Origin: Myxococcota bacterium
GTDB taxonomy: Bacteria > Myxococcota_A > Bradymonadia > UBA7976 > UBA1532
NCBI GenBank assembly: GCA_036337435.1
Contig: JAYZEG010000041.1
Span: 1-64,000, forward strand
Direction: 5' to 3'
DNA length: 64,000 nt
Positions 27,484 through 37,000 of the stretch are shown here, piece after piece. The notes below the pieces were generated by a model. That model had not been told where the DNA came from and ran no database searches. It worked only from the letters and a program-made list of their open reading frames with translations. Each line of letters begins with the position of its first letter. Position 1 is the stretch's first letter. A program made the translations under genes and the position numbers.

Positions 27484-28077
27484 ATGACACCATTCGCTCG
27501 CGATATCCGAACCGTTCCGAATCTCTTGTCTCTCGGACGGGTCTTGCTCGTCCTGGTCACCATCGTGGTTATCGTTGTTTTCGATCAGATGGAAATCGGC
27601 CTTGCACTGGGCTTTCTGGCTGGCTTTACAGACTTTCTGGACGGATATTATGCGCGGAAGCTCAACCAGTCGACCGATTTGGGTGTCGTCCTGGACCAGT
27701 ACTCCGACCTGGTCTACGAGGGTCTCTTTTTCCTGCTTTTGACCACGTTTGGCACCGGACTCCATCCCATTTTTCTCGGTGGTTATCTCGCTCGTGAATT
27801 TTGGGTTATGTCCATGAGACGCCTTATGGCGGAACGTGGAATGGTCACGCGGAGCAGCCTCATCGGTAAGATTAAAACTCACCTCTATAGCTACGGGTTT
27901 ATCCTATATTGGTGCCACTTAGGCCAGCTCATGCCGACCGTCGACCTGTATGTGTATTGGGCCGGAATTTCTCTGTTCGCCGGTGGACTCGTGCTCTCTT
28001 ACTGGAGCGGGATTCTTTATACTCTGGATTTTATCCATGGGTACAATGCCAATGAGGCGCAAGATGAGCTCGCCTGA
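27484..28077 (+). CDS. CDP-alcohol phosphatidyltransferase (PgsA-like)
   Basis: TVPNLLSLGR, TDFLDGYYARKLNQSTDLGVVLDQYSD signature, AREF, GKIKT; GGGGAG RBS. Confidence 0.9.
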   Translation: MTPFARDIRTVPNLLSLGRVLLVLVTIVVIVVFDQMEIGLALGFLAGFTDFLDGYYARKLNQSTDLGVVLDQYSDLVYEGLFFLLLTTFGTGLHPIFLGGYLAREFWVMSMRRLMAERGMVTRSSLIGKIKTHLYSYGFILYWCHLGQLMPTVDLYVYWAGISLFAGGLVLSYWSGILYTLDFIHGYNANEAQDELA

Positions 28078-28084
28078 CACCCGG

Positions 28085-28810
28085 TCAGTCGATGGTCTTT
28101 GCTACGCTCTTTATCCAGAGACGCGACGATTCGATATTGTACGACAACGACTCAAAACCCGGCAGGATCACCGTATTGACGACCTCGCAGAAAACAGAGG
28201 TGAACGTTGGGGTATCGATAAGTCCGTAGTCTAATCGACTCTCGGATACGGCAGAAAGCGCATGGGTGTGCTCCTCCAAACAGTTTTTGAGCATCGACAA
28301 AATATACTGCTCTAGCCACCGCGTAGGCACTTTTTCGATGGCCGCGCCGAGATGCGCCCAACCGAGGCGCCCCTGCCAGATCTTCGCTTCCAGAATGATG
28401 TGTGCCGCGAGTTTGACAGAAGGCCACTTACTGCGTTCGTAGATTCGACCAAAGATGGCCCCATCTACAGCAGCTTGGACGCAGCAGCAGTAAATCACCT
28501 CGTAGAGAACCTTCTGTTCTACACCCATGGTGGTTGGGGCCAGCGGACCCGGACGGACAGGACTCGATAAATCATCGTTTGCCCCAAACTCCGCTGCAAC
28601 GCGGTTGGCCACTTTGATGTACTTCTCAATGTCTGCGCTCGCTTGTAAGGACAGCTTCAACACGGTTGACGTGGTTCCATGTACGCGAAGAGCCTGCGTC
28701 AACGCATCCATTCGCAATTTGAGAACTTGGGAACTCTCGGCTAGTTTTGTCCACTGGTCAGCGAGTTGTTCTTGCTGATTCGGTGTGAGCGGCTTGACCA
28801 TGGGCAGCAT
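28085..28810 (-). CDS. Helical protein resembling myxobacterial ferritin-like domains, metal ligands degenerate
   Basis: Pattern W..LA....L...L..HG....L.....A..D.......A..FG ... CCV.A..G ... IL.....GRLGWAHL ... VILPGFE.L; no ExxH motifs present. Confidence 0.5.
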   Translation of the reverse strand: MLPMVKPLTPNQQEQLADQWTKLAESSQVLKLRMDALTQALRVHGTTSTVLKLSLQASADIEKYIKVANRVAAEFGANDDLSSPVRPGPLAPTTMGVEQKVLYEVIYCCCVQAAVDGAIFGRIYERSKWPSVKLAAHIILEAKIWQGRLGWAHLGAAIEKVPTRWLEQYILSMLKNCLEEHTHALSAVSESRLDYGLIDTPTFTSVFCEVVNTVILPGFESLSYNIESSRLWIKSVAKTID

Positions 28811-28857
28811 AACGAACGTACCTCAGAATTAAATTGAGCGTCAGACTAGGTCCTTGC

Positions 28858-28886
28858 TTGCCATGAGGAAAGCGCAAAGTTAACCT
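28858..28886 (+). promoter_or_regulatory. Candidate sigma70 promoter for the DksA/TraR-family gene
   Basis: TTGCCA-17 nt-TAACCT. Confidence 0.35.
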
Positions 28887-28982
28887 TGGTTACCGTAAAC
28901 CGCGGCTCTGCTACTGGTGCTGCGCAGAGCGGGCACTATGGTCGACCATTTCACAAATTGCTGCCGGCTCTCGGAGCGTGTC

Positions 28983-29369
28983 ATGACTGATGAGGAATTG
29001 AAGCGATACTCAAGCCGGTTGTCGGCTTTGCGTGCGGCTCTGCTCGGAGACGCTGGCATCAAAGCACAACCCAATCGGAGCGAGCAGCCGGAGACCTCAG
29101 ACGATGATTTTCAGGCTCTCAATGAAATGCATCAGGCCATCGCGTCTGGCCGAAACAAAAATCGCAGTGAATTAGTCGCCCAAATTGGGGACGCCCTCGA
29201 TAAGATCAAGCATGACCCAGACGAATTCGGTCTCTGTGAAGAATGCGAGTGCCAGATTCCCTTGGGCCGTTTGAACCTAATGCCCTACGCACAAAGATGT
29301 GTCCGTTGCCAATCCTTGCTTGAGGATAAGAGCCCACAGGGGCGTAAGAAAATAACCGATTACATCTAA
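28983..29369 (+). CDS. TraR/DksA family C4 zinc-finger protein
   Basis: Coiled-coil hairpin followed by I.DAL.KI..FGLCEEC..IPLGRL..MPYA.RCVRCQ. Confidence 0.85.
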   Translation: MTDEELKRYSSRLSALRAALLGDAGIKAQPNRSEQPETSDDDFQALNEMHQAIASGRNKNRSELVAQIGDALDKIKHDPDEFGLCEECECQIPLGRLNLMPYAQRCVRCQSLLEDKSPQGRKKITDYI

Positions 29370-29399
29370 CGTCGGCCTCACATCAACGAGGTTTATCTG

Positions 29400-30845
29400 T
29401 TAGACCCAGGGCCCACTGATGGCGACCGTGACGTTCTCCGGTGTTTGAATGTTCACGAATAATACCTGCCCATCGGGGGAAAAACAGGCGCCGGTAAACT
29501 CACCGCCTGGCTTCGTCGAGTCGGGGAAGTTGTTGCGGTTGCGAGCGATGTCGTAAATCTCACCCTCAGCCGTCATGGCACGAATGTATTGATGTGTCGC
29601 TTCATTCGAGGCCCGATAGTTGTCTTCGGCCATGATGAGGTCACCCCACGGTGCCACCAAGATGTTGTCTGGGCATGACAATATCGAGCGGTCATCGACC
29701 TCATATCGCAGGTGGAGTTTGCCTCGGTCTGCCTTCACTGCATCCGGTTCATAATGAAAGATTTGCCCTGCGCCGACCGGACCGCCTAAGGAGGCTGAAA
29801 ACCAAACCGCCTGGCCATCCCAGGTGATCCCTTCCCCGCGCATGAATTGCGTTGCGCCCTTTGCTGCACCCTGTTCTCGACAGGTCTGCTTGGCGGCTGA
29901 TGGGTCCCCGATATCGACCCATCTTGTCGTCCAATTTTGATTCTTGGCCCAAACGGATGCCTGATTGGGCTTGTTCTCTGGTCTCTCGTACGGTGAAGTC
30001 GTCGTCACACCTGATATGCTTAAAGCCTGCAGTTGGCCCGCACCCATGGGTGCTTTGGGATCTTTGGGTACATGGCGATAGAATAGGCCGTCCTTACGGT
30101 CTTCGGTCATGTAGACAATGCCTGTTTTTGGGTCGAGTGCCACCGCTTCCCTTGGAAACCGACCCCAGCTGGAAATTCGACGTGGCTGGGTGAGCTTCGA
30201 ATCCGTTGGCTTGGTTAGGAAAGCATATCCATGGTCCGGTTTGCCGGATTCTTCGCAGGTGACCCATCCTCCTGGAATTTGACCTCCAGCACAGTTGACA
30301 TCGGTACCGGCTAAGACGAAATTTGAGCTAAGAACCGCTTTCGAAGAGGTGCTCTTATTCGTTTTGAGCTCGTCGAGCAGAGTGTCTTTCTGAAGAACAA
30401 CCCGCGTCACACCTCCGTAAAATCCTGGGGTGTAACACGGTGTTGGTACGTCTTTCGTCGGGTACGGATTCAGTGAATAGCCATACCGTTCTACGAAATT
30501 CTGGTCACCCAATTCGTGGTTACGCAAGAGGATATATTGACCCTCCGGCCCAGGGAAACAGGCCATGCCATCGGGTTGTTGTGGCATCTTGAAACCATCG
30601 GAGAAGGCATCACCTGCCGTTTGGATTACGGTGTATGAAAACCCTTTCGGCAGGTCGAGCAACTGGCCGACACGGTCTTCCAATGGGCCGAAGCCTGGCG
30701 TTTTCTGGCCGACAGCCTTTTTGACTCTAACAGTAGACGCGTCGGAGTTCGCCTTGGCCGTCTTTTTCTGCTTTATACATCCGGTCACGAAGAATGACAG
30801 TGCAGTGACCCCGGTTACGCCCACAAACTCGCGGCGACGTATCAT
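29400..30845 (-). CDS. phoX: PhoX-family (DUF839) alkaline phosphatase, Tat-exported lipoprotein
   Basis: RRREFV Tat motif plus VTGC lipobox; PDGM, RNHEL, NCAGG, WVTCEE, REAVA, YMTED, RGEG, PDN, AED and GEFTG motifs. Confidence 0.85.
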   Translation of the reverse strand: MIRRREFVGVTGVTALSFFVTGCIKQKKTAKANSDASTVRVKKAVGQKTPGFGPLEDRVGQLLDLPKGFSYTVIQTAGDAFSDGFKMPQQPDGMACFPGPEGQYILLRNHELGDQNFVERYGYSLNPYPTKDVPTPCYTPGFYGGVTRVVLQKDTLLDELKTNKSTSSKAVLSSNFVLAGTDVNCAGGQIPGGWVTCEESGKPDHGYAFLTKPTDSKLTQPRRISSWGRFPREAVALDPKTGIVYMTEDRKDGLFYRHVPKDPKAPMGAGQLQALSISGVTTTSPYERPENKPNQASVWAKNQNWTTRWVDIGDPSAAKQTCREQGAAKGATQFMRGEGITWDGQAVWFSASLGGPVGAGQIFHYEPDAVKADRGKLHLRYEVDDRSILSCPDNILVAPWGDLIMAEDNYRASNEATHQYIRAMTAEGEIYDIARNRNNFPDSTKPGGEFTGACFSPDGQVLFVNIQTPENVTVAISGPWV

Positions 30846-31022
30846 ATTCTACCTCCGATGACATTGGCGAAAGAGTACATCAAACATGTGTTCGACCACC
30901 AATAGCTAGAGTGTTTTTGCTACGCAAAAGTAACGAAACTTTATCAAATGAACCTATTGGTCCATAGGATTCCGTTAGCATAGATGGACGCCAAACACGA
31001 AGATTGATTGGGGCGGAGACCA

Positions 31023-31991
31023 ATGGGTTTATTGATAGATGGACTGTGGCATGACAAATGGTACGACACTGAATCCACCGGCGGCCGGTTTGTACGCAGT
31101 GAATCTCAGTTCCGTCATTGGGTGACAGCCGATGGACGTCCGGGTCCGACGGGCGCAGCTGGCTTTAAAGCGGAGCCAAACCGGTATCATCTCTATGTCT
31201 CGCATGCGTGCCCGTGGGCTCATCGGACCATGATTGTGAGACAGCTCAAAGGGCTCGAAGGGTTGATCAGTACGTCCGTTGTCAACTGGGTCATGAGGGA
31301 ACATGGCTGGACCTTCGCGCCGGGACCGGGCGTCGAACCCGACCCGGTCATGAACGCTGACTACATGCACCAAGTTTATACCGCGTCATGTCCAAACTAT
31401 ACGGGGCGGGTGACCGTACCAGTTTTGTGGGATCGCAAGACCAACCAGATCGTCTCAAACGAATCGTCGGATATCATTCGGATGTTTAATGATGCGTTTG
31501 ATGATTGCGGAGCACGTTCACTCGACTTGTATCCCGTATCCTCCCGAAAGGAGATCGATCGTTGGAATAAAGAAATTTATGCATCCGTCAACAACGGTGT
31601 CTATAAGGCTGGGTTTGCAACAGATCAGGCTGTTTATGAAGCTCAGGTCAAAAGACTATTCAGCACTCTGGAGACTATCGAGACGTCCTTGGGTCAGACT
31701 CGTTTTCTCACGGGCAGCCAAATCACGGAGGCTGATTGGCGGCTGTTCACGACCTTAGTTCGATTCGACGCTGTTTATGTGGGGCACTTCAAATGCAATT
31801 TAAAGCGGCTCATCGATTTCCCAAATCTTTGGGGGTACACGCGCGCCCTCTACCAACAGCCGGGCATTCAAAAGACTGTCCACATGGACCACATCAAAGG
31901 GCACTACTACCAAAGTCATCCACAGCTCAATCCAACAGCCATTGTCCCAAGTGGTCCTGAGCTGGATTTCGACCTGCCTCACAATCGCTAG
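31023..31991 (+). CDS. yqjG: Glutathionyl-hydroquinone reductase / GST omega-like (YqjG/ECM4 family)
   Basis: MGLLIDGLW, RYHLYVSHACPWAHR, YTGRVTVPVLWD, NESSDI, NNGVYKAGFA, RFDAVYVGHFKCN, HIKGHYY.SH. Confidence 0.92.
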   Translation: MGLLIDGLWHDKWYDTESTGGRFVRSESQFRHWVTADGRPGPTGAAGFKAEPNRYHLYVSHACPWAHRTMIVRQLKGLEGLISTSVVNWVMREHGWTFAPGPGVEPDPVMNADYMHQVYTASCPNYTGRVTVPVLWDRKTNQIVSNESSDIIRMFNDAFDDCGARSLDLYPVSSRKEIDRWNKEIYASVNNGVYKAGFATDQAVYEAQVKRLFSTLETIETSLGQTRFLTGSQITEADWRLFTTLVRFDAVYVGHFKCNLKRLIDFPNLWGYTRALYQQPGIQKTVHMDHIKGHYYQSHPQLNPTAIVPSGPELDFDLPHNR

Positions 31992-32118
31992 GCCGTGCGC
32001 TCGCACCATCGTCATGACGACGGTAAATGAGCCGCTGGCCACTTTTTTTTGTGAGATCCAGTCCACAGGGCGCGTCCCTTTACGTGACTCGTATATGACC
32101 CTGACTGGAGGACTTATC

Positions 32119-32520
32119 ATGAACACATTACGCGTATTCCTGATGGCCAGTTTTTTGGTGTCTGGTGTTGCGTCGGCGGCCCCAAACCCAAGGACGGCTC
32201 CCGTGACTGTTGCTCATACAGCGGCCTCCCAAGACCAAATGCAAGGGATTTGGTACTCCCTCAATGTTGCTGATGACGACGAAGAACGGGTTCGTGTCAT
32301 CGCATCGGTCGCACGGCAATATTACTTCTCGCCCATTCAGGCGGAGGCCTTGATTCAGGTGGTCTTTGATGGCGAGGCTCGGGCAGAACTGGTTCATTTA
32401 TATGCAGGCCGTCTGACAAAGGTCAGCGGCGTGAAACGGTTAATGACGCTGGTTCCCGAAGGCCGCGTGCGCGACAATCTAGCAAGCCGTTTGGCGGGTC
32501 GTTCTTCGGGTGCTCTTTGA
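32119..32520 (+). CDS. Secreted protein, DUF4476-like helical domain
   Basis: GGAGGA RBS; signal peptide ending ASA; DDEERVRVI....YYFS..Q...LI....D..R pattern. Confidence 0.6.
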   Translation: MNTLRVFLMASFLVSGVASAAPNPRTAPVTVAHTAASQDQMQGIWYSLNVADDDEERVRVIASVARQYYFSPIQAEALIQVVFDGEARAELVHLYAGRLTKVSGVKRLMTLVPEGRVRDNLASRLAGRSSGAL

Positions 32521-32531
32521 ACGCGATTTGA

Positions 32532-33632
32532 TCACTCGTCAGCGGCCAATTGTTTGGTCTCAGCAGCGATGTTGCCTTTCCACATATTATCGCGGTTGGC
32601 CCGGCCTGCATTGGCGCGTTTGGCTGCGCGCTGTCGATCCACCAAATCTGCATGGGTGGTAAAATAGGGCAAAGAATGCCCGATGCAGTCTGCGACGCTT
32701 GAAAACTCATGTTTGTCGAGGAAATCAGACAGGCCCGTACAAAGTTCTTCGATGAGTTCATAACCCCTCAGCATCGCACCCGTACAAACCTGGACGGTAC
32801 TTGACCCAAGCAAGATGAACTCGGCTGCATCGGCAGCGGTTTCAACGCCGCCCATACCGCTGACAGGGACATCGGGAAACATGCGTGCAAGTTCCATTAC
32901 GTGACGCAATGCGATGGGTTTGACGGCCTGTCCAGAATACCCACCCGGAACCGTATAGCCCTCGACCGTGGGCATGGGGCGCAGCGTTTTTAAGTTAATA
33001 CCGCACACACTCAAAATCGTGTTGATCGCTGATATGCCATGAGCACCAGCATCGATTGCCGATTTTGCGGGTACGGTGATGTTGGTGATGTTTGGGGTCA
33101 TTTTTGCCCAGACGGGAATCTTGGAGACCTCCATACACCAGCTGGTTACTTCGCCCACAATGTCAGGGTTCTCGCCCATGGCCATACCCATCTTCCGCTC
33201 GGGTAAACCGTGGGGACAGGAGAAGTTCAGCTCGAAGGCATCGACTCCAGTTTCCTGAGTACGCTCTATGATCTCGCACCAGGCGTCTTTATTGTATTCT
33301 TCCATGACCGAGGCGATCAGGATTTTGTCAGGGTGTTTTTGTTTGCACGATGCCAGGTCATCTAACCAGGCCTCGAACGGTCGGTCGGAAATCAGCTCGA
33401 TATTCTCGAAACCGATGACGGTTTTGTCTGTCCGACTTTTTAGACGTGCATAGCGGGGCACCGTGTTGTGGACCTTGCTGTTATCGAGGCTTACTGTTTT
33501 GCAGACAATACCGCCCCAACCCAGGTCAAATGACCGATTGATCACCTTTGCATTTGTACCCGGAGGCCCCGAGCCGAGAACGAATGGATTGGGGAATTTC
33601 ATCCCGTTTACTTCTACACTTATGTCCGCCAT
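32532..33632 (-). CDS. preA: Dihydropyrimidine dehydrogenase FMN subunit (PreA / plant PYD1 type, no C-terminal ferredoxin domain)
   Basis: NPFVLGSGPP, GFENIELISDR, ELNFSCPHG, WAKMTPN, INTI, GGYSG.AVKPIAL, VQVCTGAM; GAGGGGGA RBS before ATG 33632. Confidence 0.9.
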   Translation of the reverse strand: MADISVEVNGMKFPNPFVLGSGPPGTNAKVINRSFDLGWGGIVCKTVSLDNSKVHNTVPRYARLKSRTDKTVIGFENIELISDRPFEAWLDDLASCKQKHPDKILIASVMEEYNKDAWCEIIERTQETGVDAFELNFSCPHGLPERKMGMAMGENPDIVGEVTSWCMEVSKIPVWAKMTPNITNITVPAKSAIDAGAHGISAINTILSVCGINLKTLRPMPTVEGYTVPGGYSGQAVKPIALRHVMELARMFPDVPVSGMGGVETAADAAEFILLGSSTVQVCTGAMLRGYELIEELCTGLSDFLDKHEFSSVADCIGHSLPYFTTHADLVDRQRAAKRANAGRANRDNMWKGNIAAETKQLAADE

Positions 33633-34013
33633 TTCTTCCCCCTCAATGAACCGGTGATAGACTTTCACTATCTCGGCGACTGGCCATTTAAGTTCCCCAA
33701 ATACGCCGCAGCCACTTGGCCCCGTGGTACGGTCGTCTCCCGTCTTGTGGATACGTCACCTTACAATGAATGGACGCATCTGCAAATTGTCCATCGGCCT
33801 TGCCTTATGTTTTATCTAGCTCACGTGTTTACGAGAGCCTACGTTTAGTCGTTCAGACAGAGCCCAAGGCGCGTCTCATCAGCGACCGAGAGCTTCATTT
33901 ATCTCCGCCAGGCAGTTCGCTTTTTGAAGCTGGTTTTGATGATTTTGCGTCGGGTTTCTTGAGTAATCGTCGCTATCTCCGCTATGAATGTATCCTTGGA
34001 GAGGGAGAACTCT

Positions 34014-37000
34014 ATGACCTACGCCACGACACGATACGCAAGTTTAGCCCTTCTGTTTTTTCTGTCGGCCGGATGCGGGGATGACAAAGCAGCACCCGTG
34101 CGCATCCACGACGGGGGCACATCGAGAGATCTTGCGCTGGGCAGCGGTGGCTTCGGTGGCATGGCAACGCAGCCAATGACTGACCTGGGCTTGATCAACC
34201 CATCGGACGCGGGACCGGTTATCGACCGGGGCGGCACAGGTGGCGCAGCAGGAGCTGGCGGCGCAGGGGGGACCGGCGGGGCTGGTGGTACGGCCGGCAC
34301 GTCCATAATCGACGGTGGGCCCTCGGGACCCCAGTGCGGAGACGGTCGAGTCGACATCGGAGAGGATTGTGATGATGGCAATGTTCTCGATGGAGATGGC
34401 TGTAGTTCCATCTGCCAGCGAGAACCGGCGTGTGGTGATGGCGTCGTTGACCTTGGGGAAGCGTGTGACGATGGCAATGTCATCGATGGAGATGGCTGCA
34501 GCGCCAACTGTGCTCTAGAACCCCGATGTGGGGACGGTGTTCGAACGGCTGGAGAGCAATGCGATGACGGAAACAACCTTGATGGTGATGGCTGTTCATC
34601 CACGTGTCGTGATGAACCTGCTCCACGGTGTGGCAATGGGATCGTTGAGGCAGGAGAGGCGTGTGATGACGGCAACAATTTGAATCAAGACGGCTGCTCC
34701 TCTAATTGCCAAAACGAAGCACCTGCCGTATGCGGAGATGGCATCCAAACCAATGATGAAGCCTGTGATGATGGCAACAATCTCAATGGTGATGGGTGCT
34801 CAGCGCAGTGCGAAATTGAAGCGGAGGAACCTCGGTGTGGAAATGGTGTCCAGGATCCCGATGAAGCATGCGATGATGGAAACAATATCGACGGTGACGG
34901 TTGCTCTGCGAACTGTGCGAGAGAGGGGGGCCAAGTCATACTCGACGATGGACAGCTCGGTTGTGTCGCCATTTCTCAGTGTCTCGTCGCCTGCCCAGAT
35001 GGAGACCAAAATTGCAGTAATGCGTGCATCGCGACAGGCACACTCATAGGCCAAATCCGATTTAACGAACTTCGTCAGTGTATCGTTGAGAACGAATGCG
35101 TCGTCGGTAATGAGGTGGATGCTGACTGCATAGAGGCCAATTGTGCACAAGAGGAGGAGGCGTGCTTTGGCGCATCGGTCGATCCTGTTGGGATGGCGTC
35201 TTGTACCGAACTCATCGAGTGCGTCGAGAGATGTGACGGCCTCAATTGCATTCGTCAATGTATTCGGACTGGCAGTGAGATGGGCTATGAGTTGGCCTAT
35301 GCCCTTGACGAATGTGTTTTTGATATCAATCAGTGTGATTCCAGACAGAGCGACTGCGCTCTCGACAATTGTGGGGCTGAACTGACGGCGTGTTTTGGAC
35401 AAGCTGTCTGCGGGAATGGTCGGCGTGAACTTGGAGAAGAATGTGACGATGGAGATCGAATAGACGGCAATGTATGCAGCAATCTTTGCCAGGTCAATCC
35501 GTTCTGCGGTGATGGTAATCGCGACGCTCAAGAAGGCTGCGATGATGGCAATCGCTTAGACAGCGATGGCTGTTCATCCCTCTGTGTTGTAGAGCCGATT
35601 GTGGACTTGGAACAAGGCCAAATCGACTGCCGGACCCTAAATACCTGTTTGGGTAACTGTGACAATGGCGATGATGTATGCATAGACGCGTGTGTCGCGG
35701 ACGCGTCATTGCTGGGTGCGACTCGGTTCTCGGCACTCACGGATTGTGTGGTCCAAAATCAATGTAATGAGGCTGCTGACATCGATGACGATTGCCTCAA
35801 TGAAAATTGTCGTGACGAATATTTAGCCTGTTTTGGAGCTCAGATTTATCCGCGTGGTCAATCGACGTGTGAAGACCTGGTTGCCTGCGCAGACCGATGT
35901 GCAGATACCAACTGTGTACGGCGCTGCATTGGAAATTCGACGGAGCGAGCCTTCGAGGTGGCAGTTGCGCTCGATGAGTGTGTGTTTGATGAAAATAACT
36001 GTCCGAATCGGGTCGGTGATTGCGCCCAGGCCAATTGCGCGGTCGAGCGTTTGGCCTGCTTTGGTGTTGAACAACCAGCCTGTGGTGATGGCCGGGTCGA
36101 TGCGGGCGAAGCGTGCGATGATGGTAATCGCCTGGCGGGAGACGGCTGTTCGCCTGATTGCCAGATTGAAAATCAAGTTTGTCGCGATGACTTGTTTGAA
36201 GATAACGATAGGTCGGCTCAAGCGTTTCCGGTGGCCCCGGCCGAATACCGCGGACTGCAGCTCTGCGCCAGCGATGATGATTGGTATCGGATGGACGTCT
36301 GTGCGGGCGGAACGTTGACAGTCGAGCTCTCGTTTATCCATCGGCAAGGGGACCTTGACCTGGAGCTGTTCGAATCCGATGCAGGCCTTAATTCGCTGGA
36401 TAGTTCGTCCACCCTAAACGACGGGGAAGATGTTGCCTGGACCAACAATTCTGGTGACGCTGTTGGTATTTTCATCCATGTGGATGGATTTTTGGATGCA
36501 GAAAACACCTACGACATGACCATTACCGTGGCCGATTGCGGAGGCGGTGGCAATGGGGCCGATAATAACGCTGTCAATGGCGATGTGCGCTTGGCTGATG
36601 GTGCCAATGAGTCGACCGGACGCGTTGAGGTGTTCCTTGATGGTGAATGGGGCACGGTTTGCGACGACAGCTTTGACCTCGTCGATGCCCGAGTCGTTTG
36701 CCGACAGTTGGGCTATGACGATGCGGGAGGCGTCATTTCCAACTTTGGTGGCGGTGCTGGACCCATTCACCTCGATGATGTCAGCTGTGTGGGCAATGAG
36801 CAGCGTCTCGTCGACTGTCGTTCCCTAGGTGTTGGTGTCCATAATTGCGGCCATTTCGAAGATGTCGGTGTTGAGTGCCGCGACTTTGGAGACAACGATG
36901 TTGGCAATATGGATTGTCGAGATGATCAATTTGAAGAAAATGATGCTCTCGATGCGGCCTTTCCTATTTTTGCAGGTGCTTTTGACAACCTGATGCTCTG

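Noticed and set aside
27166..27563. Short ORFs (27166-27396, 27173-27487, 27180-27563) overlapping the tRNA
   Set aside because: They overlay a well-formed tRNA-Sec and show no protein motifs.
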